Assembly: GCA_044070495.1 (NCBI GenBank)
Contig: JBIPSI010000006.1
Location: 96,001-160,000, forward strand
DNA length: 64,000 bases
Reading direction: 5' to 3'
Source: Spirulina sp.
GTDB lineage: Bacteria > Cyanobacteriota > Cyanobacteriia > Phormidesmidales > Phormidesmidaceae
Below, one piece after another: positions 29,154-39,416 of this stretch (its first letter is position 1; the number at the start of each line of letters is the position of its first letter). A program made the translations under genes and the position numbers. Below the pieces are notes generated by a model that was given only the letters and a program-made list of their open reading frames with translations, searched no databases and was not told the DNA's origin.

Positions 29154-32100
29154 GGGCAACTATGTCAGGTGCTTTTTCTGCCACCAAAATTTCGCCATCA
29201 GTTTTCCTAAGCACAGCCCTAGGACTGGCCATAGCATGGATAACCTTACCCACAAAGTCTGTACAGGCGCAACCTATTGTCCCCACACCAAACGGAACAG
29301 GAACCGAAGTAATTCTTAATAACAATCAATGGGATATTTACGGTGGATCGCTCTCTTCGGACCAGATCAATCTCTTCCATCAGTTTCAACAGTTCGGCCT
29401 TACGGAAGGACAAATTGCTAACTTTTTAGCTAACCCCAATCTTCGCAACATTATCTCTACAGTAGATGGCGGCAATCCCTCCCTTATCAATGGTTTGTTG
29501 CAGGTGACAGGGGGCAATCCAAACCTATTTTTGATGAACCCCTCTGGCATTATTTTTGGCCCCAATGCCCAACTGAATGTGCCCGCTAGTTTTAGCGCCA
29601 TCACCGCTGACGGTATTCAGTTTGGCGACCGCTGGCTTAATGCCGTTGGCCCCAACGATTACTCGGCCCTCACGGGCGACCCCACCGCCTTTCGCTTCAG
29701 CAGCGATTTTACCGGGGCAATTGTGAACGCCGGAAACCTGCAAGTCAACCCTGGCGCAGCTCTCGCGCTGATGGGCGGCACTGTCATCAACACCGGACAA
29801 CTGACGGCCCCCCAAGGCCAAATTTTGATCACCGCTGTCCCCGGCGAAAGCCTAGTGCGACTGGCCCTCCCCGGCTACATCCTCAACCTAGAGGTGGAAG
29901 TGCCCCTCACCGAGGGCGACACGCCCCAAACCTGGCAACTGCCCATCACCGCCCTACCCACCCTGCTCACCCAAGGGCTAACCCCAGAACTGCTGGGCTT
30001 GGCGATCAATTCGGCGGGTGAGGTGCAGTTGGCCGATGGCACTCCCATCCCCAACGCGCCCGGTACGGCGATGGTTTCCGGCGGGGTGGATGTCTCTGGC
30101 AACCAGGGCGGCACGGCGGCGGTGCTTGGGGATCGCATTGGCCTGGGGGGTGCCCAAATCGATGCCAGCGGTACCCAAGGCGACGGTGGCCAAATCCTTG
30201 TGGGCGGAGAGTTTCAGGGTAATGGCCCCCTGCCCAATGCCGAACGCACCTATGTGGATGCCAACACCACCCTCAACGCCGACGCTGGTTCCATCGGAAA
30301 TGGCGGCAGAATCATCGTCTGGGCCGACGAAGCCACGGGGGTTTATGGCGATATTACGGCCCGTGGGGGACAACTCTCTGGCGATGGTGGCTTTGCTGAG
30401 GTTTCAGGTAGGGATTACTTGCAGTTTGATGGCACGGCTGATTTATCAAGTGTGAATGGTGAGATAGGAACCCTACTGCTTGATCCAACTACTATCACTA
30501 TAAGCAATGCTGTCGGTACAACACCGGGAGTTCCTTCTACTTTTCCCAACATTCTTTTAAGTAATTTTTCCGGGCAAGATATCACTATTAATCAGACAGT
30601 TCTAGAAAATGCTGCATCAACTAGTCGAATAATCTTGCAAGCAGAGCAAGGAATTATAATAGGTGATCTGAATGCAGTACTTAGGAATCCCAACGATCCC
30701 AGCAGTAGTATTCCGACACTAACCTTGAGTAATGGAGCAACACTTCTAGTCGCAAATGGCCTAATTGAGATTTTAAATCAAAATGCTCGAATTCTTGTTC
30801 ATAACGGTGATTTGGATATTCAATCACCAATTATTGCCAGTGGAAATATAGATATTCAATCACCGATTATTACTAATGGAGGCGATCTAAATATCACAGC
30901 AGGAAGTATTGCCACTGGAGAGATAGTTACCAATAATCCATTTGGTGATGCTGGCGAAGTTAATCTAACGGCTACTCAAGGAGACATAACCACTAACATT
31001 AGAGCAATAGTTAGAAATACCAATCCAACTATTGAGGGCGACGGTGGAAACATAACTCTAATAGCACTTAACGGTGATATTACAGTCAACAATAACCTTG
31101 TCTCATTTTCGGCAAATGGAGATGGTGGAGATATATATGTTGAAGCAGGTGGAAACATCACAATCGTTTGTGGTCAATCAGCGGATTACTGTGTTGAGAG
31201 TTTTGGAGGAGGAATCCCTAACGTGCCTCCAAGAGGAGATAGTGGAGATATACGTTTTATTAGTCGAGAAGGTTCTATCTTAATTGAAAACCCTCCTGCA
31301 GCTATTCCAGGAAATACCGCTATCAATGCAGGAAACAGCATATTTAATGCTGGATCTATTACTGTCGAAGCTGCTGGAGATATAAGGATTGGAGGAGGGA
31401 TCTTTGCTCATGATGTTCAATTGAATTCTAGCGTTCTAGGATTGACAAGTGAATTTAAAATAAATAGTGATTTGGGTTCTCAGTCTGTGCCAGGGAATGT
31501 CAATATTAGTGGCAGAGTAAATGGATCTGAGATGATAGATCAGCAGGGACGTATTACTGTTGCTAATCCAGGCTTGACCATTGATTCTGATCGAGGCACT
31601 ATTAACCTTGGCGATTCAATAGGTTCAACAATTCCTATTGGAAATCTCACTATTTCTGGCCAGCAAGCGACTGTCTCAGGAAATATTCGGACAGCTAACA
31701 GTCCTATTATTTTCAATTCGCCCGTAACTTTAAGCAGTAATTCTCTCCTGACCTTCGATTCGGGAACAGCGACGATCACACTCAATGGCTTAAATGCTGG
31801 AAGCACGCCTTTAACCTTAATTGCCGATGACTTTAACTTCTCTGGAACCCTTCAGGGAAGTAGCACTCTTACCATTCAACCCTCGACGTTGAGCCGTGGA
31901 ATTATCCTGGGCAGTACAGTCACATCAAATTTAAGCCCAGCCGAAATAGCCACATTGCAAGGATTTAGCAATGTCACCATTGGTGGCGGCAGTGGCGACA
32001 TTACTGTGAACGCCCCCGTCACGTTGAATACCCCAACCCAACTGATTACCACGGGCAATATCACCGACACCGGGGGCATTACTAGCAATAGTGGCAACAT

Positions 32101-34993
32101 TGCTCTCAACGGCAACACCATCAACACCAATACCATTAACACCGCCAACGGCGGCATCAACGTTACCGCTACGGGCGCAGTCATCGCCAACACCATCACC
32201 ACCAACGGCGGCGGCATCGCCATCAGCGGCAACACCGTAATTGCCAACACCCTAACCACTACAGGCGGTCTCAGCGTCAGCACAGATGGCGACATTGCCG
32301 TTACCAACGCCACCGCAACGGGCGGCGGGGTAGACCTCCGTGGCCGTAGCGGCAGCATCCAAGCCAATACCCTCTCGGCTACTGGGGGATCTGTCGTTGT
32401 TAATGGGGCGGGTAGTATCACCACCACCACTGCCAGCGCCATCGGTGGCAACGTCGCCCTTACCAGCAGCACAGGCACCGTCCAAGCTAATGACCTCTCG
32501 GCCACCGGGGGCGGCATTGATGTCACAGCTCCAGGGGGCATCGTTGTACCCAACGCCACCGCCGATGGCATTGTCGCCCTTCGCAGCGGGGGTGGCACCG
32601 TTCAAACCAGCAACGTTGTCACCAACGGCGGCGCAGTTACCCTCAGTGCCCAAACCAACCTAGGCGTGGATAACGTCACCACCAACGGCGGCAGTATCAA
32701 CCTCAGAAGCACTACCGACACCATCACCGTCAACAACATCTATTCTGCCTCCGGTACCGCCGCTGGAGGAGCCATCACCATCACCAACCCCAACACCATC
32801 AACGCCTCTGCCATCAATGCCTCTGGGGCTACCACTGGGGGTGCTATCACCCTCCGTGGCGGAAGCACCCCCACCGAAAGCACCCCCACCGGAACCGTCA
32901 CGACCGGAAACCTCACCAGCACAGGCACCGCCAGCGGCGGCAACATCACTGCCCTTGCCCGCGACACCATCACCACTGGCGCAATCGATACCTCCGGGGC
33001 CACCGCTAGCGGCAACATCACCCTAAGCGGCGGCAACACGGCCACCGGAACTGTCACGACCGGGAATCTCACCAGCACAGGCACCACCAGCGGTGGCGAC
33101 ATCACCGTCCTCGCCCGCGACACCATCACCACTGGCGAAATCAATACTAGCGCCACCGTCGGCAATGGCGGCAACGTCCTCCTCGACCCCCTGGGGGATG
33201 TGCAAGTCACCTTTATTAATGCCCAAGGCGGCACCAATGGCGCAGGTGGTAACGTCGAGATTAGATCCATCGACCGCTTCTTCCGGGCCACCGGAGCCTT
33301 CCCCGACCGAAACGGCATTTTAGCCAGCATCTCTGCCGCAGGCGGTGGCGGCGAAGGCACCATTACCATCACCCACAATGGCGGTGCAGCCAATGTATTA
33401 GTGCCCTTTATTATCTCCACCGCATCCGATAACGGCACCGTTGGCGCACTCACCACTGGGGCTAATAATATTATTTTCCCCGGCTCATTTCTGGGTCCCT
33501 ACACCCAGGGCAACATTGATATTATTACTAGTCCCCAAGCCACCCAATTGGCTGATGCTAGCTTGCCCGATACCCGCCCTGAAGAAATTCAACCCGCAGA
33601 AACCGATAATCAACCCTTTTGGTTGGATGAGTATTTTACTCGCCGCACAGAAGACTACCTAGGCATTAATGGCGAAACTAGGGTGAAAAGCCTGGAGGAA
33701 ATTCAGGGTGACTTACGCAGAGTAGAAGAGTCCACAAATATTCGGCCTGCACTGATCTATGTTCTCTTTGAGCCAAGGGAATCTCTGATTACTATCCCTG
33801 AGACTGGCCTTTTTAATCCCGATAAACTAATCAACCGAGGAGCACTATCTCGTTTTGAGCCTCTGCCAAGTGATAGATTACAGATGATTCTGGTTACGGC
33901 CTATGGAGAACCTATTCTTTATCGTCCACCAGAAAATACTGATGAGATAGACGCTAACGACATAACCAGAGAAAACGCTCCCAGAGAAGTCTTTGATTTT
34001 GAAAGTGCGGTACTAGAAGATCTAAGAAATTACGAAGAAAGGCGCGTTACAGATGAGTCTCTCTACTTACATCATGCTCAGGTACTATACCAGTGGTTAG
34101 TCGCTCCTTTAGAGCAAGACTTAGAAAGTCAGGGAATTCAGAATCTTGTGTTTATTATGGATGATGGACTCCGCACAACCCCTCTAGCCGTTCTTTCTGC
34201 TATGCACAATGGTCGTCAGTTCATTATTGAGAACTACAGTGTTGGATTAATGCCAAGCTTTAGCCTAACAAGTTCTCGCCACATCAATCTGCGGAGTTCA
34301 AGAATTCTGGCTATGGGAATGAGTGACTTTAGTCAATATGAGGAATTAGATAATTTAGAAGCTGTTGATGAGGAAGTTAGACTAATTAATCAATCTCTAT
34401 GGGGAGGATCTGACTCTAATATTGATCGTTTTTTGGGTAGCAACTTTACACCAGAAAATCTGATCTTACAACGAAGAGATCAGTCTTCTAATATTGTACA
34501 TCTAGCTACCCATGCCAAAGTGGAAATAGGAGCACCTGAAAATTCATTTCTTGTTTTCTATGATGGAAAACTTTTCTTCGACCAACTTGACAGACTCAGG
34601 TTAGACAGCCCACCAATAGAATTGCTTGTTCTTAGCGCGTGTCAAGCGGCACTAAGTCCAGATGATGAAAGCGCTGAACTTGGATTTGCAGGTTTATCGG
34701 TACAAGCAGGAGTTAATACGGTTTTGGCCAGCTTTTGGGAAGTACCTGACTTCCCAACGCTAGGGCTAATGACGGAATTCTATAATCAGTTACAAACTTC
34801 TCCTATTAGATCTGAAGCACTGAGGCAAGCTCAGTTAGCAATGATAAATCGGGAGGTCTTTTTCCAGAATGATCGCCTGTTTTGGTCATCTAACTCTGAA
34901 GCTATTCCTGCACTGAGAGGAGTAACAGATACATTATGGCTGTCTCATCCTGGTTACTGGTCAAGCTTTACAATGATTGGCAACCCATGGTAA
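29150..34993 (+). CDS. Filamentous-hemagglutinin (TpsA) protein with C-terminal CHAT protease domain
   Basis: NLFHQFQQFGL, LMNPSGIIFG TPS motif, GGFAEVSG, long G/T/N/I beta-helix repeats, CHAT motifs VHLATHA, LLVLSACQ, ASFWEV, HPGYWSSFTMIGNPW; start GTG 29150 or ATG 29162. Confidence 0.92.
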   Translation: MRATMSGAFSATKISPSVFLSTALGLAIAWITLPTKSVQAQPIVPTPNGTGTEVILNNNQWDIYGGSLSSDQINLFHQFQQFGLTEGQIANFLANPNLRNIISTVDGGNPSLINGLLQVTGGNPNLFLMNPSGIIFGPNAQLNVPASFSAITADGIQFGDRWLNAVGPNDYSALTGDPTAFRFSSDFTGAIVNAGNLQVNPGAALALMGGTVINTGQLTAPQGQILITAVPGESLVRLALPGYILNLEVEVPLTEGDTPQTWQLPITALPTLLTQGLTPELLGLAINSAGEVQLADGTPIPNAPGTAMVSGGVDVSGNQGGTAAVLGDRIGLGGAQIDASGTQGDGGQILVGGEFQGNGPLPNAERTYVDANTTLNADAGSIGNGGRIIVWADEATGVYGDITARGGQLSGDGGFAEVSGRDYLQFDGTADLSSVNGEIGTLLLDPTTITISNAVGTTPGVPSTFPNILLSNFSGQDITINQTVLENAASTSRIILQAEQGIIIGDLNAVLRNPNDPSSSIPTLTLSNGATLLVANGLIEILNQNARILVHNGDLDIQSPIIASGNIDIQSPIITNGGDLNITAGSIATGEIVTNNPFGDAGEVNLTATQGDITTNIRAIVRNTNPTIEGDGGNITLIALNGDITVNNNLVSFSANGDGGDIYVEAGGNITIVCGQSADYCVESFGGGIPNVPPRGDSGDIRFISREGSILIENPPAAIPGNTAINAGNSIFNAGSITVEAAGDIRIGGGIFAHDVQLNSSVLGLTSEFKINSDLGSQSVPGNVNISGRVNGSEMIDQQGRITVANPGLTIDSDRGTINLGDSIGSTIPIGNLTISGQQATVSGNIRTANSPIIFNSPVTLSSNSLLTFDSGTATITLNGLNAGSTPLTLIADDFNFSGTLQGSSTLTIQPSTLSRGIILGSTVTSNLSPAEIATLQGFSNVTIGGGSGDITVNAPVTLNTPTQLITTGNITDTGGITSNSGNIALNGNTINTNTINTANGGINVTATGAVIANTITTNGGGIAISGNTVIANTLTTTGGLSVSTDGDIAVTNATATGGGVDLRGRSGSIQANTLSATGGSVVVNGAGSITTTTASAIGGNVALTSSTGTVQANDLSATGGGIDVTAPGGIVVPNATADGIVALRSGGGTVQTSNVVTNGGAVTLSAQTNLGVDNVTTNGGSINLRSTTDTITVNNIYSASGTAAGGAITITNPNTINASAINASGATTGGAITLRGGSTPTESTPTGTVTTGNLTSTGTASGGNITALARDTITTGAIDTSGATASGNITLSGGNTATGTVTTGNLTSTGTTSGGDITVLARDTITTGEINTSATVGNGGNVLLDPLGDVQVTFINAQGGTNGAGGNVEIRSIDRFFRATGAFPDRNGILASISAAGGGGEGTITITHNGGAANVLVPFIISTASDNGTVGALTTGANNIIFPGSFLGPYTQGNIDIITSPQATQLADASLPDTRPEEIQPAETDNQPFWLDEYFTRRTEDYLGINGETRVKSLEEIQGDLRRVEESTNIRPALIYVLFEPRESLITIPETGLFNPDKLINRGALSRFEPLPSDRLQMILVTAYGEPILYRPPENTDEIDANDITRENAPREVFDFESAVLEDLRNYEERRVTDESLYLHHAQVLYQWLVAPLEQDLESQGIQNLVFIMDDGLRTTPLAVLSAMHNGRQFIIENYSVGLMPSFSLTSSRHINLRSSRILAMGMSDFSQYEELDNLEAVDEEVRLINQSLWGGSDSNIDRFLGSNFTPENLILQRRDQSSNIVHLATHAKVEIGAPENSFLVFYDGKLFFDQLDRLRLDSPPIELLVLSACQAALSPDDESAELGFAGLSVQAGVNTVLASFWEVPDFPTLGLMTEFYNQLQTSPIRSEALRQAQLAMINREVFFQNDRLFWSSNSEAIPALRGVTDTLWLSHPGYWSSFTMIGNPW

Positions 34994-35009
34994 ATAAATC
35001 ACGAATTTT

Positions 35010-35726
35010 TTAATCAGAATTATTGGAAAGTGTTTCTGGAATTGCTCCAAGACCTTCTTCTCTAAGTAGGTTAACCCACATATCAAAATCATTGTTAGAG
35101 GCATAGACTAGCGCGTCATACCACGCTCTTTGCTCATTCATTGGCACAGTTCTAGTTACTGTAGATCTGGCAACAATAGTATTTGTAGAAGGTCTTTCAG
35201 TTGAACCACCGCAATATATTCTGAAGATGACGTTATGTTTTTGTCCAGGGCTTAATGAACGAGCTGTTTGTTCTGTCAAGGTAACAGAAATGACTGAGTT
35301 TCCTGGAACGTTGTCGAATTTCTGGGTAAAAATCTCTTCACGTCTTTCTGTCAGATCTCTAGGAACTGTTTCCAGGGTAAAGACGGCCTGAGATTGCGGT
35401 GTAATATCTACAGGCGTGTAAATCAAAAAAGTTGGGAAGGCTTCGTGAGTGATGGCTCTGGAGTCATCGCTAGGTCTAAGAATCATTAGCGCTGGCAAGT
35501 TTGCGTATGTGTCCTGCCGATCACACTGCCCTCCTCTTCGACCTAATGGTATGAGCGTTGGTCGTCCTGAGGAAGTGGCACTGGATGACGAGCTATTTCC
35601 TCCACCTCCATTTTTCAAGCTAAATTCTACGGTACTAGCAGCGTAACTGCGTAAAACTGGAACAATTAAAAAGGCTGATATCATAGATGTCAGCATCATA
35701 GTACTCAAAGTCATTTTCCTAAACAT
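35010..35726 (-). CDS. DUF928-family secreted protein (divergent)
   Basis: N-terminal hydrophobic signal, RRGGQC, PTFLIYTP, second Cys (IYC), WYDAL, W..LL...GL. Confidence 0.75.
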   Translation of the reverse strand: MFRKMTLSTMMLTSMISAFLIVPVLRSYAASTVEFSLKNGGGGNSSSSSATSSGRPTLIPLGRRGGQCDRQDTYANLPALMILRPSDDSRAITHEAFPTFLIYTPVDITPQSQAVFTLETVPRDLTERREEIFTQKFDNVPGNSVISVTLTEQTARSLSPGQKHNVIFRIYCGGSTERPSTNTIVARSTVTRTVPMNEQRAWYDALVYASNNDFDMWVNLLREEGLGAIPETLSNNSD

Positions 35727-37851
35727 GAGTAAGTCTCCATCTTGACAAAACTTTTTTTGACCAAAGCATTGAAAAGCTCGAAATTCCAAGACTGATAATT
35801 ACAAGAGGTAGAAAAGTAAAACACCAATCTAAGATTACAGCAGCTAAAACAATAATATAAAGTGCTATCAATCCTGAACAAGAAATGATAAAACCGTTTT
35901 TTGGGGTTGACCTTATACATAACAATAAGCCATATATGACTCCCCAGCTACTTACTAACGCCATATCTTGTTTAGGTTCTAAATATCTAATAGTTCTGTT
36001 TTTGCCTAGAGTCAAATCCAGCAGTTGACTGATCTTGTGGGCATGGATAATAACTCCTGACTTGGTTCCATAGGGTGTTCTAGCAATATCATCATTTCTT
36101 GCCTTGCTGCCAATCAAGACTATTTTATTGCTGAAAATCTCCATTAGTTGAGCAGGGTCTTCTTCTAATATAGACTGAAGTGAATAAACCGTAGCTGCAT
36201 CTTCATAAGGTCTATAGTTGATCATAACTTGAACAGTTTCATTTGTGAAATCTGCTTGCAATTGCTCTTGTCTAAAATTTTGATATAGAAAATGATGCGG
36301 CTTTAACTTGAAACTCTGAATTGAACCTGCAACAAGCTCTTCATGATTATCTTGAAGTCGAGGCTCATGAAAATGAATGTATTTGCTTAAAACTTTGTAG
36401 GCAAATGACCATTGAGTAAGGCACTCATCATTTCTCTCAGGCCAGAAAACTAGATGGCGACGTATAGATCTATTCTCATTGTCAGCTATAGCCTCCGCAA
36501 AGCCCAAGTTATCTGTATATATACCACTGCTAGAGTATCCTTGATAACCATCATTCTGAGAGTTGTCTTTATAGCAAATGCCAATTATGTTATTTTTATC
36601 GCGAATATCAAGAATATTTCTATGGGTAATATCAATGCCAATAACAGCAGGATTGGCTTTAAGAATTAGATCTAGCAGATCTCTTAAGGACTCGTCTGAT
36701 AAGCTGTCTCCCTCCTTTAAGTCTTCATATCTTTTGCTTAAAAAAATAACATCATCATTGTTGATCTCAATAATTGAAATCCTGGAATCTGGACTATACC
36801 AATTTATACGAGATCTTATTGATCCATGTTGAGAAGTTATCCTCGCTAAGTTGCTACGCATCCATAGCGTATGATCGAAAAACTGTAGTTCTAACGGCTG
36901 TAAAACACCCAGAAAACGTAGGCCAATAACAACCGACGTTACGCCTACGCTGATAGGAAGGCTTCTCTTGACATACTCACCCCAGCCATAAAGCCGTGGT
37001 TTTCGGTAATACTGGTTAGCAATATCATCTAAGGCTTGCTGGATTACCTCTGCACTGGCTGGTCGGCCTTCGGCCTTCTCACTCTGCATTTTATCCAAAA
37101 GATCTCTCAATCTAGGATTTAATCGAATTGTTTTAGTTGAAGGCTTATCCAAAAAACTCTTGAGAGTTTTGCCGAGCATACAGAAATCGGAATGTGGGAG
37201 CAGTTTACCATCAAATTGCTCGGCAGAACTGTACTCAGGCGTGATGGATATGTCATCAACACCATCATCATCGAAGATATCTGAAGTGCTAATTTTTAAT
37301 AGATAAGCAGGATCAATTCTCTGGGCGCTACCAAAATCGATAAGCTTCAGCTCTCCTTTTTGGTTGATCATGATATTTTTAGGTTTGATATCTCCATGCA
37401 AAATACTTCTGCTGTGGATATGACCTAAAATATCAGCAAGTTGAGTTAGCCAGTCTAAAATTCGGGCTTCAGAGTCAATACCATTCTCGTCTACCCATTG
37501 ATCTAGGGTTTTCCCAGGAATTTTTTCTACCACTAGATGGGGAATATCAGACAGGGTAAAGTCATCCAAGTAGCGAACAATGCCGGGATGATTAAGTTCT
37601 TTCAGGCATTGAATCTCGATTTCTAGAGATTTTTTTAGCAGATCGCGATTTGGGCTATCTGGATTGATGGTCTTTAGGATTCGCTTTGGCCCTAGGGTTG
37701 GCCAGCGTCGCAGCCATCGTGAGATCCTTGTGTCTTCTACAAAATATAGGCGGCTATCCGGCTGTCCTTGCAGCACCTGACTAGGATCGTCTGATGCCAC
37801 ACCAATCAAGCGATAGCCATTAATGATTGATGCTTGCTTCGTATTTTTCAT
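35719..37851 (-). CDS. Ser/Thr protein kinase fused to CHASE2 sensor domain
   Basis: ILK, HPGIVRY, HGDIKPKN, LIDFG; TM; GVLQPLEL.FFD, PAVIGIDI, KIVLIG, GVIIHAHKISQLL; three C-terminal TMs. Confidence 0.88.
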   Translation of the reverse strand: MKNTKQASIINGYRLIGVASDDPSQVLQGQPDSRLYFVEDTRISRWLRRWPTLGPKRILKTINPDSPNRDLLKKSLEIEIQCLKELNHPGIVRYLDDFTLSDIPHLVVEKIPGKTLDQWVDENGIDSEARILDWLTQLADILGHIHSRSILHGDIKPKNIMINQKGELKLIDFGSAQRIDPAYLLKISTSDIFDDDGVDDISITPEYSSAEQFDGKLLPHSDFCMLGKTLKSFLDKPSTKTIRLNPRLRDLLDKMQSEKAEGRPASAEVIQQALDDIANQYYRKPRLYGWGEYVKRSLPISVGVTSVVIGLRFLGVLQPLELQFFDHTLWMRSNLARITSQHGSIRSRINWYSPDSRISIIEINNDDVIFLSKRYEDLKEGDSLSDESLRDLLDLILKANPAVIGIDITHRNILDIRDKNNIIGICYKDNSQNDGYQGYSSSGIYTDNLGFAEAIADNENRSIRRHLVFWPERNDECLTQWSFAYKVLSKYIHFHEPRLQDNHEELVAGSIQSFKLKPHHFLYQNFRQEQLQADFTNETVQVMINYRPYEDAATVYSLQSILEEDPAQLMEIFSNKIVLIGSKARNDDIARTPYGTKSGVIIHAHKISQLLDLTLGKNRTIRYLEPKQDMALVSSWGVIYGLLLCIRSTPKNGFIISCSGLIALYIIVLAAVILDWCFTFLPLVIISLGISSFSMLWSKKVLSRWRLTHV

Positions 37852-37887
37852 GTTAGAACTTTGGCTAGGTAGGCTATTGAACTAAAG

Positions 37888-39318
37888 TTAGTTGTCTAAA
37901 TATCTGGTAATAAATCTTTGAATTAGAGGGGTTAACTCATATTGAATTGATTTGCCATCATTGCGATGAATGACTTTTATGAATTTGGCTTCCTCTAGAT
38001 CGGGAAGAATTCCCATGAGTTCTCCGCGAGAGACAACGGCTTGCATCAATCGCTCTAGATCGTCTAAGGGTAAGGGCTTGGCTCTCTCTGCCATTTGGAG
38101 GCAAATCTGTTGTTCAGAATTGTCTAGCCCCTGCCACTGTTCTCTTACCAAGTCCATCATTTCTGACGTGCGGAAAATAGTATGGCCACGCTCTTGATTA
38201 AATATTGCTAGATCACCCTTATAGTTTTTCTGAATAGCACCGATTGCAAACTGAATGAAGCTGGGATTGCCAAAGTAGGCTTCATGAATATATTTGTAAT
38301 CTAATGGGTTAGAAGAGACAATATTTTGACTGTTAAGTAATTCTTGAACGGCCTCTAGGGCAAGCCCTTTAAGAGACAGTCCAGCAATGCCATAGGAACG
38401 GTGAACTCCGTTTCTCATGAAGCGAAGATTCTCTATCTGTTTACTGCCTACCATTAATAGACAGCCTTGATGTATCTCCGTTTGCATAGGATCAAACAGT
38501 TGTGAGTATTCATCGTAGATAGCCCATGATGTTTCTGGATTACGCTGGGGTGAAACGCCATCGAGCACCATTAGCCACGGCGATTGCCCTAGATGCTGAA
38601 GCAGTTGTCTAAAGGCTGCTGGGGGAGTGAGGTTAGACTGATCTATATGGGGTGCCCAGCGCTGAACGATTTGGTTCAGGAAGGATTCTAGGGTAGGGGC
38701 ATTCTCCATCTGAAACCAAAAGATTCGATATCCTGCTTCTGCTTCTAGGGTTTGGGCTAGCTGGCAGGCTAGGGTGGTGGTACCCACCGAGGGTTGAAGC
38801 CCCCGAATCACAAGAATTTGCCGTTGTTCCTCGATAATCCGGTGCTTGAGTTTGGCGATTTCTTCGTGGCGGCCAAAGCAAGGGGCATCCTTCTCAACAT
38901 ATCCCCAGTAGGACAGTGGCACTGATGCTAGCTTGCTAGATCCTCCTACATCCTCTGGGCGATAGCCCATCTCTTTAATGAGGTTACGAACACAGCGATC
39001 ACGAAAACGGGGAGCATTCTCAGCCAAGCTCCACGTAGGATCTTGGCTGTAACGCTGATAGATCCACTCTATATAGAGATAGACATACTCATTCAGGCAG
39101 CCCGTCACGGCCTTTGACGTTACATCAGAGGCCTCCGCGATTTCCTGCAAGGTGCAACCGACGAGCACACCTCTCAAATACCGCCATTCCTTGGTGGCTA
39201 GGACACATGGCTTACCGTTGATCTCAGACTTAGCGTCTGTCAGATCCTTGTAAAGGCAACTGTCCTCGCCCCAAGCCGCAATCTTTCTGTCAAACTCGGT
39301 GTCTCCTAATTCGACCAT
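37888..39318 (-). CDS. NB-ARC/STAND-like ATPase with N-terminal HTH-like domain and no C-terminal repeats
   Basis: LRGVLVGCTLQEIAE HTH-like segment, FGRHEEI, RGLQPSVGTTTLA (degenerate Walker A), LMVLDGV, LKGL, GNP, winged-helix-like tail. Confidence 0.75.
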   Translation of the reverse strand: MVELGDTEFDRKIAAWGEDSCLYKDLTDAKSEINGKPCVLATKEWRYLRGVLVGCTLQEIAEASDVTSKAVTGCLNEYVYLYIEWIYQRYSQDPTWSLAENAPRFRDRCVRNLIKEMGYRPEDVGGSSKLASVPLSYWGYVEKDAPCFGRHEEIAKLKHRIIEEQRQILVIRGLQPSVGTTTLACQLAQTLEAEAGYRIFWFQMENAPTLESFLNQIVQRWAPHIDQSNLTPPAAFRQLLQHLGQSPWLMVLDGVSPQRNPETSWAIYDEYSQLFDPMQTEIHQGCLLMVGSKQIENLRFMRNGVHRSYGIAGLSLKGLALEAVQELLNSQNIVSSNPLDYKYIHEAYFGNPSFIQFAIGAIQKNYKGDLAIFNQERGHTIFRTSEMMDLVREQWQGLDNSEQQICLQMAERAKPLPLDDLERLMQAVVSRGELMGILPDLEEAKFIKVIHRNDGKSIQYELTPLIQRFITRYLDN

Positions 39319-39416
39319 CTCGCCCTGATTGTAAGCTTTATTACGCTTGGCTTAAGAGTATACACTGACTCTCTATCTAGCGCTACCCCGAATCGTCCTG
39401 TTTTGACATCAACCTA

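Noticed and set aside
31876..33456. Two ~240-aa minus-strand ORFs inside tpsA
   Set aside because: Antisense reading of Thr/Gly/Asn repeat codons
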